Positions 29,312-39,642 of a DNA stretch of 64,000 bases are shown here, piece after piece. The notes beneath the pieces were generated by a model, which worked only from the letters and a program-made list of their open reading frames with translations, was not told the DNA's origin and ran no database searches. The position numbers and the translations under genes were made by a program. This DNA comes from Christensenella sp. (GTDB lineage: Bacteria > Bacillota > Clostridia > Christensenellales > UBA3700), in assembly GCA_022784465.1 (NCBI GenBank), contig JALFUR010000014.1, positions 64,645-128,644 of the forward strand. The letters are read 5' to 3'. How positions within the stretch are numbered: the first letter of the stretch is position 1; each line of letters begins with the position of its first letter.

Positions 29312-30595
29312 TTACTCCTTTCTTAATTTAATTGTATTTGCATGTGCAGTAAGAGATTCACTTTCTGCAATTTTGATTATGTTGTCTGCAATAGATTGCA
29401 AATCTTGTTTATCATATTCAATGTAACTAATCTTTTTCATAAATGTATCAACAGATAAAACAGAAGAATATCTAGCACTTCCAGATGTAGGCAATACGTG
29501 TGATGGACCAGCCATATAATCTCCAAGAGGTTCTGGAGAGTTTGGTCCAACAAATATAGCTCCTGCATTTTTAATTTTCATAGCAACATCTTTAGCGTCT
29601 CTAGTACAAATTTCCAAGTGCTCTGGAGCTACTCTATTTGCTACCGCAACAGCTGTATCTATATCGTCAACAACTATAATTGCACCATTGTTTTGTAATG
29701 ACTTAGATATAATATCTTTTCTCTCAAGCAATTCAACTTGTCTTTCAATTTCCGCTTGTACTTGAATGGCCATAGATTTTGAAGTAGTAACAAGTATTGA
29801 AGCTGCAAGTTCATCATGTTCTGCTTGAGACAACATATCTGCCGCAACCAATGTAGGATCTGCAGATCCATCGGCAATTACAAGTATTTCACTCGGTCCT
29901 GCTATCATATCTATAGCAACATTTCCATATACCATCTTTTTAGCAAGTGTAACAAAGACGTTACCAGGTCCTGCAATTAAATCCACTTTTTCAATAGATT
30001 CTGTACCATATGCCATTGCAGCAATAGCTTGTGCCCCGCCAACTTTGTAAATCTTTTTAATACCACATTCATGACAAGCAACTAAAACTAATGGATTCAT
30101 TATATTTGGAGTACATACAATAACTTCTTCAACCCCAGCGGCAATAGCTGGCAATGATGTCATTAAAACAGTTGAAGGATAACTTGCTTTTCCTCCTGGA
30201 ACATATAATCCAACCCTATTTAAAGGTCTATAAATCCATCCTAATGTACTTTTACGATTAGTTCCTGATTCAAAGAAAGAATTTTTAAATTTTGATGTTT
30301 GTTTTCTGTGATATGCAAGAATATTTTTCTTTGCAAGTTTAATACTTGCAATTAATTCAGCATCTACCATTGAATATGCTTTTTTTATTTCTTCTTTAGA
30401 TACTAAAACGGTATCTTTATTTAAATCTTGTTTATCAAATTTCTTTGCATATTCAAATAAAGCTTCATCCTTTCTTGCTTTTACATCATCAACAATTTTC
30501 TTTACAGATTCGTTAAAATCCGAATTATCAAGTTGTGTTCTTGAAAACACTCTAGATAAATCATCATTGTTATAAAATAAAACTGGTACCATCAT
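29312..30595 (-). CDS. hisD: Histidinol dehydrogenase
   Basis: The motifs QAEHD, GPSE and APEHLE are present, and the protein is 427 aa. Confidence 0.95.
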   Translation of the reverse strand: MMVPVLFYNNDDLSRVFSRTQLDNSDFNESVKKIVDDVKARKDEALFEYAKKFDKQDLNKDTVLVSKEEIKKAYSMVDAELIASIKLAKKNILAYHRKQTSKFKNSFFESGTNRKSTLGWIYRPLNRVGLYVPGGKASYPSTVLMTSLPAIAAGVEEVIVCTPNIMNPLVLVACHECGIKKIYKVGGAQAIAAMAYGTESIEKVDLIAGPGNVFVTLAKKMVYGNVAIDMIAGPSEILVIADGSADPTLVAADMLSQAEHDELAASILVTTSKSMAIQVQAEIERQVELLERKDIISKSLQNNGAIIVVDDIDTAVAVANRVAPEHLEICTRDAKDVAMKIKNAGAIFVGPNSPEPLGDYMAGPSHVLPTSGSARYSSVLSVDTFMKKISYIEYDKQDLQSIADNIIKIAESESLTAHANTIKLRKE

Positions 30596-30597
30596 AA

Positions 30598-31236
30598 TTA
30601 CGCCTTTACAATTTTTTCAATATTATTCACAAGTGGTTTTATAACATCTACTTTTGTTTTCAAACTTACTTTATTTACAATTAAACGTGCTGAACAATCT
30701 GCAATTTCTTCAAGCACTTTTAAATTATTTTCTTCAAGGGTTTTTCCGCTCTCTACTATATCTAGGATAATATCACTTAGACCCACAATTGGACCTAATT
30801 CGATTGAACCATGAAGAGTAATAATATCTATATTTTGACCTCTAGATTCAAAGAATCTTTTTGTAATATTCTCATATTTTGTAGCAACTTTTATAATGTT
30901 TCTAGAATCGTTAACATCAAAGCCTTCAAAGCCTGCTAAACACAATCTACATTTAGCAAATCCCAAATCTAGCAATTCATAAACATCTTGTCCGCCTTCA
31001 AGCAAAGAATCCTTCCCTACAACACCTATATCCGCAACGCCTCTTTCTACGTATATAGCAACATCTGTTGGCTTAACGAAAATAAATCTATATAAACCCG
31101 ACTCATCCTCAAGTTGCAACTTTCTTGTTGGCTCTAAAATATGCTTACACTTAATGCCGCATTTTTCTAATATTTCAACGCTCTTTTCTGCTAATCTTCC
31201 TTTTGCTAATGCAAATGTAACTATATTTTGTCCCAT
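30598..31236 (-). CDS. hisG: ATP phosphoribosyltransferase, short form
   Basis: It has ALAKGRL and is about 212 aa. I prefer the ATG at 31236 with the GAGGTG SD, 1 nt after the hisZ stop. The track start at 31248 is TTG. Confidence 0.92.
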   Translation of the reverse strand: MGQNIVTFALAKGRLAEKSVEILEKCGIKCKHILEPTRKLQLEDESGLYRFIFVKPTDVAIYVERGVADIGVVGKDSLLEGGQDVYELLDLGFAKCRLCLAGFEGFDVNDSRNIIKVATKYENITKRFFESRGQNIDIITLHGSIELGPIVGLSDIILDIVESGKTLEENNLKVLEEIADCSARLIVNKVSLKTKVDVIKPLVNNIEKIVKA

Positions 31237-31237
31237 A

Positions 31238-32422
31238 TCACACCTCAAGAATGCTGTCTTTTGTTACAAAAATACCTTTTTTTGCATTACAGCTTACCAT
31301 GCATTTTTCTAATTGCTCAATGGTTGTAGCAAAACTCTTAACTGCATTTACTCCATTAGCTTTATATTCATCAAATAATTTTTCTGCTATTTTCATTTGA
31401 TCAAATTCAAAACCTATAACTATGTCTACGCTATTTGGCTTTGGCAACTTCTTTTGAATAGAAAGTATTGTTTGAAGATATCCCATATATGCAGCAAATC
31501 CAACACAAGGAACATGCTTACCAAATGAATCGCATAAATTATCATATCTTCCACCAATTAAAAATGGTCTACCGTAAGATTTTGTAATTCCCTTGAATAC
31601 CATTCCTGAATAGTAATTCATCTTTCCAACAACAGATAAATCAAAAGAAATATATTTGTCATATCCCATGGCTTTTACGCCTTTATATATTGTTTTCAAA
31701 TTGTTAATTGCAGCAGCCATCTCTTCATTTACACACATAGAAAAAGCTTCATCTAAGATTTCTACTGAGCCAAACAACATTGGTAGCTTTAGTAATAAAT
31801 CTAATGATTTTTTATCTAATCCAACTTTTTTAGCAAAAACTTGTTCTCCAATTGAATCCTTCTTTTCAACTAATTCAACAAGTTCATTTACTTGCTCATC
31901 GTTTAGATTCATAGATTTAATTAATCCTTTGAAAAATCCTACATGGCCAAGTTCAATTTGGAAATCTTTTAAACCTGTCTCAAGCATAGATTTAATTGCA
32001 AGCATTACAATCTCAATATCTACACCATTTCCCTTCGCGCCAAGCACCTCGACTCCAATTTGTGTAAACTCTCTTAATTTGCCTGATTCTTCAAGCATAG
32101 AAAATACTTTGCCTTGATAACAAAACTTATATTGACCTTCTGGTAATTTTGTACAATTTATACGAGAAATAGGTACTGTCATATCTGGACGAAGAACAAG
32201 TAAATCTCCATCAATATCAGTTACCTTGAATAGTTTTTTTAAAGATACTTTTCCTATTCCTGATTCAAATAAGTCATATCTTTCAAGTATTGGTGTATCT
32301 ATTTGACGATAGCCATAATCCTTAAAACAACCTATTAGTTTATTTTCTATAAGAGTTTTTGAATAACATTCTTCTGGTAGATAATCTAAAACTCCTTGTG
32401 GCAATTTAAATTTATTTGTCAT
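31238..32422 (-). CDS. hisZ: ATP phosphoribosyltransferase regulatory subunit (HisRS paralog)
   Basis: It has a class-II aaRS-like core without an anticodon domain, and it sits immediately 5' of the short hisG. Confidence 0.88.
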   Translation of the reverse strand: MTNKFKLPQGVLDYLPEECYSKTLIENKLIGCFKDYGYRQIDTPILERYDLFESGIGKVSLKKLFKVTDIDGDLLVLRPDMTVPISRINCTKLPEGQYKFCYQGKVFSMLEESGKLREFTQIGVEVLGAKGNGVDIEIVMLAIKSMLETGLKDFQIELGHVGFFKGLIKSMNLNDEQVNELVELVEKKDSIGEQVFAKKVGLDKKSLDLLLKLPMLFGSVEILDEAFSMCVNEEMAAAINNLKTIYKGVKAMGYDKYISFDLSVVGKMNYYSGMVFKGITKSYGRPFLIGGRYDNLCDSFGKHVPCVGFAAYMGYLQTILSIQKKLPKPNSVDIVIGFEFDQMKIAEKLFDEYKANGVNAVKSFATTIEQLEKCMVSCNAKKGIFVTKDSILEV

Positions 32423-32514
32423 GAATGCATTTCCTATTTATTTTAATTATTATGCGATAATTATAATATATTATTTTGCATAATGTCCATAAAAAATATA
32501 TAAATATTAATGCG

Positions 32515-34506
32515 TTAATTTAATGAAATATTGCGTAATTTTTCTAAATAATAATCCATATTTACAAGCAAGTGAATATCAAAGCAACCTTGAGATAATA
32601 ACTTGTCTGCGATACTTTTGCTTCTTTGAATAAGTTCTTTTGTAATTATTGAATCGCCTTTGAATGATCCACCACTTTGCTTCATGCCAAGAAAATCTCC
32701 AAATCCTCGAATAGATGCATCAAATTCTGCAATAGAATGACCATCTTTATATTTTGTTAGAGCATTTAATCTTACATTTTCTTGAGAGTTTGAAGTATGT
32801 AAAAAACAATATGATCTTAATCCTGCTTTTCTACCTATTCTTCCTCTTAATTGATGAAGTGTTGCAAGCCCGAATCTATCTGCATTGAGTACAGCCATAA
32901 TAGAAGCATATTGAGAATCAATTCCTACTTCAATTACACTTGTAGCAATTAATACATCTATTTTTCTCTCATAAAAATCTGACATAACTTTGGCTTTTTC
33001 AGAATCTTTCATTGAGCCATAAATAAGTCCAACTTTTTCGTTTTTCATCTGATCATGTGTCAATTCAAAATATAGCATTTTAGCACTATATACTTCCATT
33101 CCCTCCGAATCAAGAACGAGTGGACACACAATATATGCTTGCTCATTTTGATGTACTCTTTCTTTTATGAAATCGTACATTCCCTCTATTTTATTATCTC
33201 CAAGAATATGTGTAGTAATTTTGGAAGTTCCTTCACGATTTTCCAATCTAGATATTTGCAAATCACCATAAATTGTTAGTGCAATAGCCCTTGGAATTGG
33301 TGTAGCTGACATAGATAGAACGTCGCAATTTCTAGCTTTTTCTTCTAGTGTTCCTTTTTGCTTAACACCAAATTTATGTAATTCATCAATAATTATGTAT
33401 GCTAAATTATTAAACTCAACTTTACTACCAAGTATTGCATGTGTTCCAATGATTAAATTTATTGAACCATCTTTTAAGTCTTTTAATATTTGTTTTTTTG
33501 CACTAGCATCTGTAGAACTTGTTAAAAGCGCAATATTAATATTTGCATTAGCTAAAATCTTTTTTGCATTTATAAAATGCTGATTTGCAAGAATTTCAGT
33601 TGGAACCATAATTGCACATTGATATCCACATTTTATTACATACAAACAAGTAAGTAGTGCAACAACAGTTTTACCTGATCCAACGTCACCAAGTAACATT
33701 CTATTTGTTCTCTCTTTACCCTTTAAATCTTCAATTATTTCTTTAAGTGCAGTTTTTTGAGTTTGAGTTAATTCAAATGGCAATGAAGATATATTGCTAT
33801 CAATTGAGGATAAAGGAAGCGTATATTTTCTTTGTTTTAAATTGTTTAAAGAATTTTTATTTGTTCTATATGCTATATACTGAGTTATTAAATCTTCTAA
33901 ATTATACCTATCTTTACCCAATCTCATTTGATCCATTGAAGTAGGAAAATGAATAAATTTAAAAGCTTGAAGTAAAGACATGGAATCAAACTCATCAATT
34001 GGAGAATAAAAATTTCCCTTTTCAAGTGCACATGAAATATAATTGCGGAACTGTTGTTGACCAATTTCACCTTTTAAAGGATAAATCGGCACAATGCCTT
34101 GAAGTCTCTTTATATTATCTATTGTTTCAAAACTAGGATTAGAAATACTAAGTCCATCTTTTTTAGAAATTTTTCCCCAAAAGACATATTCATTATTAAG
34201 TTCAATTTGCGAAGAAACATATGGCAAATTATACCATGAAAGAACAACTTTTTGACATTGAACTAGTAATGTACATTTAAATAGAGTAAAGCCTCTACGA
34301 ATATATGCAACTTTATTTTTCTTAATTATTTGACCTTGCAATAAAACATAATCCCCATGAGCACAAGTATTTAAATCTGACTCATGAGTCATGTCAAAAT
34401 AAAATTTAGGCATAAACCTAACCAATTCATCAATTGTGTTTATACCTAACTTATGTAATTTTAAAAGGGTCTTATCGCCGACCCCTTTAATGTCAATTAA
34501 TTGCAT
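32515..34506 (-). CDS. recG: ATP-dependent DNA helicase RecG
   Basis: It has a wedge domain followed by the SF2 motifs GDVGSGKT, DELH and QLRGRIGR. Confidence 0.95.
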   Translation of the reverse strand: MQLIDIKGVGDKTLLKLHKLGINTIDELVRFMPKFYFDMTHESDLNTCAHGDYVLLQGQIIKKNKVAYIRRGFTLFKCTLLVQCQKVVLSWYNLPYVSSQIELNNEYVFWGKISKKDGLSISNPSFETIDNIKRLQGIVPIYPLKGEIGQQQFRNYISCALEKGNFYSPIDEFDSMSLLQAFKFIHFPTSMDQMRLGKDRYNLEDLITQYIAYRTNKNSLNNLKQRKYTLPLSSIDSNISSLPFELTQTQKTALKEIIEDLKGKERTNRMLLGDVGSGKTVVALLTCLYVIKCGYQCAIMVPTEILANQHFINAKKILANANINIALLTSSTDASAKKQILKDLKDGSINLIIGTHAILGSKVEFNNLAYIIIDELHKFGVKQKGTLEEKARNCDVLSMSATPIPRAIALTIYGDLQISRLENREGTSKITTHILGDNKIEGMYDFIKERVHQNEQAYIVCPLVLDSEGMEVYSAKMLYFELTHDQMKNEKVGLIYGSMKDSEKAKVMSDFYERKIDVLIATSVIEVGIDSQYASIMAVLNADRFGLATLHQLRGRIGRKAGLRSYCFLHTSNSQENVRLNALTKYKDGHSIAEFDASIRGFGDFLGMKQSGGSFKGDSIITKELIQRSKSIADKLLSQGCFDIHLLVNMDYYLEKLRNISLN

Positions 34507-34516
34507 TTTGTCCTAT

Positions 34517-36154
34517 TTATTCTATAGAAATTAAATAATGATAATGAGGTTGACCACCATTGTAAGCAATGACGTCAAAGTCCTCAAATTTCTCTTGAAG
34601 TCGCTCTACAAGTGCGTTACACGCTTCTTGTGAAACATTTTCTCCATAATACAATGTTATAACTTCGCTAAATGAATCGACTAATTTATCCACAATGTCC
34701 ATAACAACATCTTCAGGTTTTGAGCCCTTTGCAATAATCTTTTTGCCATCTAAACCGATAATGTCGCCTTCTTTTATATCAAAGCCATCCATATTTGTTG
34801 TTCTAACAGCTGTTGTTACTTGACCACACTTTACATCTTCAAAAGCTTCGCTCATTGCAGCAACGTTTGTTTCAGCATCAGCATTAGGATCAAAAGCAAA
34901 TGCAGCTCTAATTCCCTGTGGAGCTTCTTTTGTTGGAACAACATAAACCTTTTTATCTTCTATTAATTGTGCGGCATTTTCAGCTGCCATTATAACGTTT
35001 CCATTATTTGGCAAAACAATGACTGCATCAGCATTTACGTGCGAAATTGCTGTAGCAATATCTTCTATAGATGGATTCATTGTTTGTCCGCCTTCAATCA
35101 ATTCATCAACTTTCAAATCTTTAAATATTGAAGATATACCTTCACCGCAACATACAGAAATCATACCAACAGGTTTTTTAGAAGCAGCACGAGCAGCTTT
35201 TAATTTTCTGTTTTGTTCAAGCATGTTCTCAATCTTAACTTTATCTAATTCGCCCATTTGAAGAGCGTAATATAAAGCCTTATTAGGTTGATTGGTATGT
35301 ACGTGAACTTTAACGAAAGTAACGTCACCAATAGCTATAACGCAATCACCAATAGCCATTAGTTTTTCTCTCAATTTCTCGATATCTTCTTCTGTTACGT
35401 GTTTTTTCAAGTTTGTAATAAAGAACTCTGTACAATATGCAAACTTGATATTATCGTAATCATGCTCTTCACCTTTTGAATCTCCAAAAGCATCCAATGA
35501 AGGTACTTCAAAATTTTGTTGAGGTTCATCATCTTTAATCTCTATTCCCTTCAAAGCTTTTAGATATCCTTCCATTACATAAATCAAGCCACGACCACCA
35601 GCATCAACTACACCAGCCTTCTTCAAAACCGGCAACATATCTGGGGTTTTCTGAAGTATTTCTTCACCTTTCTTAATAATTTGATCAAAGAAATTTTCAA
35701 CAGAAGAAGTTTTTGCAGCAATAGCTGGCGCTTGTTCTGCCATATATCTAATTACTGTTAGAACTGTTCCTTCCTTTGGCTTTGTAACGGCTCCATATGC
35801 AACATCTCTTGCATTTAAAAAAGCTTGAGCCAATGTTTTTGTATTTATATAATCTTCATTGTTTAAAACTGTCGCTAAACCCTTAACAATTTGAGACAAA
35901 ATAACACCAGAGTTACCTCTAGCACCTCTTAAAGCACCTCTTGCATATGCTGTTAAAATATCTGATTTTTCATTACCTTGAATTGCTTCTACTTCTTTAA
36001 TAGCTGAAGCCATGGTTAATGTCATATTTGAACCTGTATCACCATCTGGAACAGGAAAAACGTTTAGCGAATCTACATAGGCTTTATTGGCCTTTAAATT
36101 CTTATATCCACCCTGAAACATTTCGATCAGTTTGGAATTATCTATATATTTCAT
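34517..36154 (-). CDS. yloV: DAK2-domain fusion protein YloV
   Basis: It has an N-terminal Dak2 motif (DGDTGSNM) and a C-terminal DegV-like half, and it is syntenic with yloU. Confidence 0.88.
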   Translation of the reverse strand: MKYIDNSKLIEMFQGGYKNLKANKAYVDSLNVFPVPDGDTGSNMTLTMASAIKEVEAIQGNEKSDILTAYARGALRGARGNSGVILSQIVKGLATVLNNEDYINTKTLAQAFLNARDVAYGAVTKPKEGTVLTVIRYMAEQAPAIAAKTSSVENFFDQIIKKGEEILQKTPDMLPVLKKAGVVDAGGRGLIYVMEGYLKALKGIEIKDDEPQQNFEVPSLDAFGDSKGEEHDYDNIKFAYCTEFFITNLKKHVTEEDIEKLREKLMAIGDCVIAIGDVTFVKVHVHTNQPNKALYYALQMGELDKVKIENMLEQNRKLKAARAASKKPVGMISVCCGEGISSIFKDLKVDELIEGGQTMNPSIEDIATAISHVNADAVIVLPNNGNVIMAAENAAQLIEDKKVYVVPTKEAPQGIRAAFAFDPNADAETNVAAMSEAFEDVKCGQVTTAVRTTNMDGFDIKEGDIIGLDGKKIIAKGSKPEDVVMDIVDKLVDSFSEVITLYYGENVSQEACNALVERLQEKFEDFDVIAYNGGQPHYHYLISIE

Positions 36155-36170
36155 ATTATCTCCGTTTTTA

Positions 36171-36521
36171 TTAAACTCTTACACCTACTATGTTGACTTC
36201 CACTTTGCCAACTCTCATTCCTGTAAAAGTTTCCACGTTATACTTTATAGTCTTTTTTATAGACTCTGTTATAGCAGCAATATTCACGCCCTCTTTAAGT
36301 ATAACGAATAATTCTAAGTTTATTCTGTTGCTAATTGTTACTACCTTAACGCCTTTTCCAATAGTAGATTTCTTGAACAATTCGCTTAAGCTGTCCGTTA
36401 AAGATCTAGAAACCAAATCAATGACACCGTAGCAATCCATTGCAGCATAATATGCGGTCATTGCAATAGCCGTGTCCGTTATGATTAATTTTCCATAGTA
36501 ATTTGATGTCTTTACAGCCAT
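36171..36521 (-). CDS. yloU: Asp23/Gls24-family alkaline shock protein
   Basis: It is 116 aa, shows Asp23-type sequence and occupies the syntenic position. Confidence 0.85.
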   Translation of the reverse strand: MAVKTSNYYGKLIITDTAIAMTAYYAAMDCYGVIDLVSRSLTDSLSELFKKSTIGKGVKVVTISNRINLELFVILKEGVNIAAITESIKKTIKYNVETFTGMRVGKVEVNIVGVRV

Positions 36522-36649
36522 ATTTATATTTTATATATTATAACGTATTTTTGCAAGCGATTTTTATTTTGCTATTTTTAGTCAAAATTACACATTTTCA
36601 TCTTAAATTCAGTGCTTTTCATCTTTTTAAAAAAATGTATTATTTTTGG

Positions 36650-36678
36650 TTGCAAATTAATTTGGAGAATGTTATTAT
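36650..36678 (+). promoter_or_regulatory. Candidate sigma-A promoter of rpmB
   Basis: TTGCAA - 17 nt - TATTAT, followed by an AGGAGG SD. Confidence 0.5.
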
Positions 36679-36711
36679 ACATAAGTAAACTTCGTAGGAG
36701 GATTTAGAAAA

Positions 36712-36900
36712 ATGTCAAGAGTATGTGCTATTTGCGGAAAAGGACAATTATCAGGTAATAAAGTAAGCCACTCAAATCGTAAAACAAGAAGATCTTGGGG
36801 AGCTAACGTTCAAAAGGTTCAACTAGTTAACGAAAACGGTTCTACTGAACGTGCTTATGTTTGCACAAAATGCCTAAAGAAAATGGACAACCGTGCATAA
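36712..36900 (+). CDS. rpmB: 50S ribosomal protein L28
   Basis: It begins MSRVCAICGKG...VSHSNRKTRR and is 62 aa. Confidence 0.97.
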   Translation: MSRVCAICGKGQLSGNKVSHSNRKTRRSWGANVQKVQLVNENGSTERAYVCTKCLKKMDNRA

Positions 36901-36922
36901 TAAATAAAAAAAGATATAAAGT

Positions 36923-36952
36923 AAGCATCCTTGAAGGATGCTTTATTTTTTT
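36923..36952 (+). terminator. rpmB intrinsic terminator
   Basis: An 8-bp stem aagcatcc/ggatgctt is followed by a T-run. Confidence 0.85.
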
Positions 36953-37062
36953 CTTACGAATATTCCTAGTATTTTCCCCAAAAATTTTGGCATAGTAATA
37001 CAAATAATTTTCATAAACATATCCCCCTAAATAGAATATGAAAATTTAATAAAAATTGTTAT

Positions 37063-37713
37063 TTATTCTGCACTCAACAATGCCTTTAATCCTTCTTCAA
37101 TAGAAGACGCATTAAACACGCTTGAGCCACCAACACAAATATCTACACCTTTACTTACTATTTGCGCAATATTACTTGCTTTTACTCCGCCATCTAACTC
37201 TATTAAAATATCTCTATCTTTAACAAGATTTTTAAGCTCTACAACTTTATCTAAAACTTCAGGTATGAACTTTTGCCCAGAAAATCCTGGATACACTCCC
37301 ATAAGCATTATTACTTCAACTTTATCTAAATAAGGAATTACAGTTGAAACGGCAACATCTGGATTTAATACTAGTCCTGCTTTTTTGCCAAAAGAGTGGA
37401 TTAAATCTAATGTTTTTGAAGTGTTTTTTGATGCTGATTCGTGAAAAGTAATAATATCTGCTCCTGCGTCAACATAGTCTTTTATATACTTTTCTGGTTC
37501 CATTATCATCAAATGAACATCTAAAGGCAAAGTAGAATTTGCTCTACATATTTTTGTCATTTCAATACCATTGCTAGTATTTGGCGCAAATACTCCATCT
37601 AAGCAATCTACATGCACATATGTAGCGCCGAATTTTGCTAAGTCTTTTACAGCATCAGCCATATTTTCCATTGGTACAGAAAGTACCGAAGGAGAGATCT
37701 TTACATTAATCAT
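37063..37713 (-). CDS. rpe: Ribulose-phosphate 3-epimerase
   Basis: The motifs SPSVLS, HVDCLDG, DVHLM and DGG are present. Confidence 0.95.
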   Translation of the reverse strand: MINVKISPSVLSVPMENMADAVKDLAKFGATYVHVDCLDGVFAPNTSNGIEMTKICRANSTLPLDVHLMIMEPEKYIKDYVDAGADIITFHESASKNTSKTLDLIHSFGKKAGLVLNPDVAVSTVIPYLDKVEVIMLMGVYPGFSGQKFIPEVLDKVVELKNLVKDRDILIELDGGVKASNIAQIVSKGVDICVGGSSVFNASSIEEGLKALLSAE

Positions 37714-38590
37714 ATCTTTTGTTCCACCTTTCTACAGATTCTTTATATAATTGCAAGTATCTATCATATCTATCTTTAGATAATTCACCACTTTCAACAG
37801 CAGCTTTTACTCCACAAATTTTTTCCTCAACATGAAGACAACTTTTAAATTTACAACCACCCAAAAACTCGTCAAAATCTACAAAATAACTCGCTAAATT
37901 ATTTGGATCGGCAACTGGCATAATCAATTTATCAAAGCCACAAGTATCTGCTATTTTTGTGCCATCTTCAAATTGAATTATTTCAACATGCCTTGTTGTA
38001 TTTTTTCCTTTATTTACATGCAAGGACATTTCTCCTGTCTTCATAATATCCTTTCCAAATAAATTATTCAAGAAGGTAGATTTGCCAACAGCACTTTGTC
38101 CAGCAAGCGCATAAAACTTGCCTTTAATTAGCGATTTTAACTCCTCTCCACCTTTACCAGACAAAGCGTCGATTTCTACGATGCTTGCTAGCTTTTCATA
38201 GTCGTTACGTATATGTTTCACAAGATTTGTGTAACCATCTAAATCGGGTTTATTTATGCAAATAATCGGCTTAATATTTTGTTCTATTGTTCCAATTATT
38301 AATTTATCGATTAACAAAAAATTAGGTTCAGGAAGTGGAGATACTATAATTACCACACCATCAATGTTGCTCACATATGGACGAATAAGTATACTCTTTC
38401 TTTTATGTATAGATTCTATTACGCCTTCAAATTTTTTGTCATATTGAAAATCGACAATATCTCCAATAAAAATATCGCCCTCACGTCTTAATTTACCACG
38501 AGGTTTACATCTGACAATCATATTGTCATCTGTTTTAACACTATATATACCTCCTACGCCCTTTATAACCTGTCCGACAGCTTTATTCAA
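37706..38590 (-). CDS. rsgA: Ribosome small-subunit-dependent GTPase A
   Basis: It is a circularly permuted GTPase (NKPDL ... GQSAVGKST) with a C-terminal zinc finger C..C.H......C. Confidence 0.93.
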   Translation of the reverse strand: MNKAVGQVIKGVGGIYSVKTDDNMIVRCKPRGKLRREGDIFIGDIVDFQYDKKFEGVIESIHKRKSILIRPYVSNIDGVVIIVSPLPEPNFLLIDKLIIGTIEQNIKPIICINKPDLDGYTNLVKHIRNDYEKLASIVEIDALSGKGGEELKSLIKGKFYALAGQSAVGKSTFLNNLFGKDIMKTGEMSLHVNKGKNTTRHVEIIQFEDGTKIADTCGFDKLIMPVADPNNLASYFVDFDEFLGGCKFKSCLHVEEKICGVKAAVESGELSKDRYDRYLQLYKESVERWNKRYD

Positions 38591-39641
38591 TTGTTGTATT
38601 GTCCTTTATAAATTTTCTTCTTAATTGCCCGCAAGCGCCTTCTAAATCCTGACCCATTGTCCTTCTAAGCGTGCAACTAATATTATTTTTTATAAGTACG
38701 TCCATAAATTCTTTTATAGACTGTTTATTCGTGCCATTTAAGCCTCTTTCTTTTACAGGATTTAATGCAATTATATTAACATGACATGATAGTCCTTTTA
38801 AAAGTTTAGATAACTTATTTGCATGATCTAGTGTATCATTTACTCCTTTTATCATTGAGTATTCAAATACTATTCTTCTTTTAGTTTTATCAAAATAATA
38901 TTTAACAGCTTTCATTATATCCGAAATTCCATATTTATTGGATACTGGCATTATTTTCTTTCTTGTTTCGTCATCAGGCGCATGCAAAGAAATTGTCAAA
39001 GTAACCGGCAAATTAGAATCGGCTAAATCGTATATTCTATTACACAATCCGCATGTAGATAAAGATATGTTTCTTAAAGACACATTTAGCCCTTCTTTTG
39101 CATTTACCAATTGCAAAAACTTTGTTACATTTTCATAATTGTCAAAAGGCTCACCGCTACCCATAAGCACAATATTTGTAATAGCCCTTTCTTTTTTATC
39201 TTCACTGTTGTCTCTATTTACCGCAACTACTTGCGCTAAGATTTCTCCTGCTGTTAAATTACGAACTAAACCATCTAAGCCTGAAGCACAAAATGCACAA
39301 TTCATTCTGCATCCAACTTGCGTAGATACACAAATTGTATTTCCATATTTATACTTCATCAAAACGCCTTCTATAACGTTTCCATCATTTAGTTTATATA
39401 TGTATTTTTTTGTTCCATCAATCTTTGACTCTAAAACTTGTACTATTTGCAATGGTTGATCAATATAGCCCTCATTAACAAGTTTATCAATAAAAGCTTT
39501 TGGCAAATTTTTCATCTCCGAAAACTTAACGCCTTTATTCAACCAATCAAATAACTGTACTGCTCGAAAATTTGGTTCATTTAATTCATGAACTAAACTT
39601 TGAACTTCGCTATAAGATAAATCTAACAAGTTTTTATTCAT
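38583..39641 (-). CDS. rlmN: 23S rRNA/tRNA A2503 C2-methyltransferase (radical SAM)
   Basis: The radical SAM cluster motif CRMNCAFC and the motif GSGEP are present. Confidence 0.95.
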   Translation of the reverse strand: MNKNLLDLSYSEVQSLVHELNEPNFRAVQLFDWLNKGVKFSEMKNLPKAFIDKLVNEGYIDQPLQIVQVLESKIDGTKKYIYKLNDGNVIEGVLMKYKYGNTICVSTQVGCRMNCAFCASGLDGLVRNLTAGEILAQVVAVNRDNSEDKKERAITNIVLMGSGEPFDNYENVTKFLQLVNAKEGLNVSLRNISLSTCGLCNRIYDLADSNLPVTLTISLHAPDDETRKKIMPVSNKYGISDIMKAVKYYFDKTKRRIVFEYSMIKGVNDTLDHANKLSKLLKGLSCHVNIIALNPVKERGLNGTNKQSIKEFMDVLIKNNISCTLRRTMGQDLEGACGQLRRKFIKDNTTIE

Positions 39642-39642
39642 A

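Noticed and set aside
32423-32514. A T-box or leader-peptide attenuator in front of the his operon.
   Set aside because: The spacer is only 92 nt. It has no specifier-loop or T-box sequence, no His-codon-rich leader ORF and no terminator hairpin.
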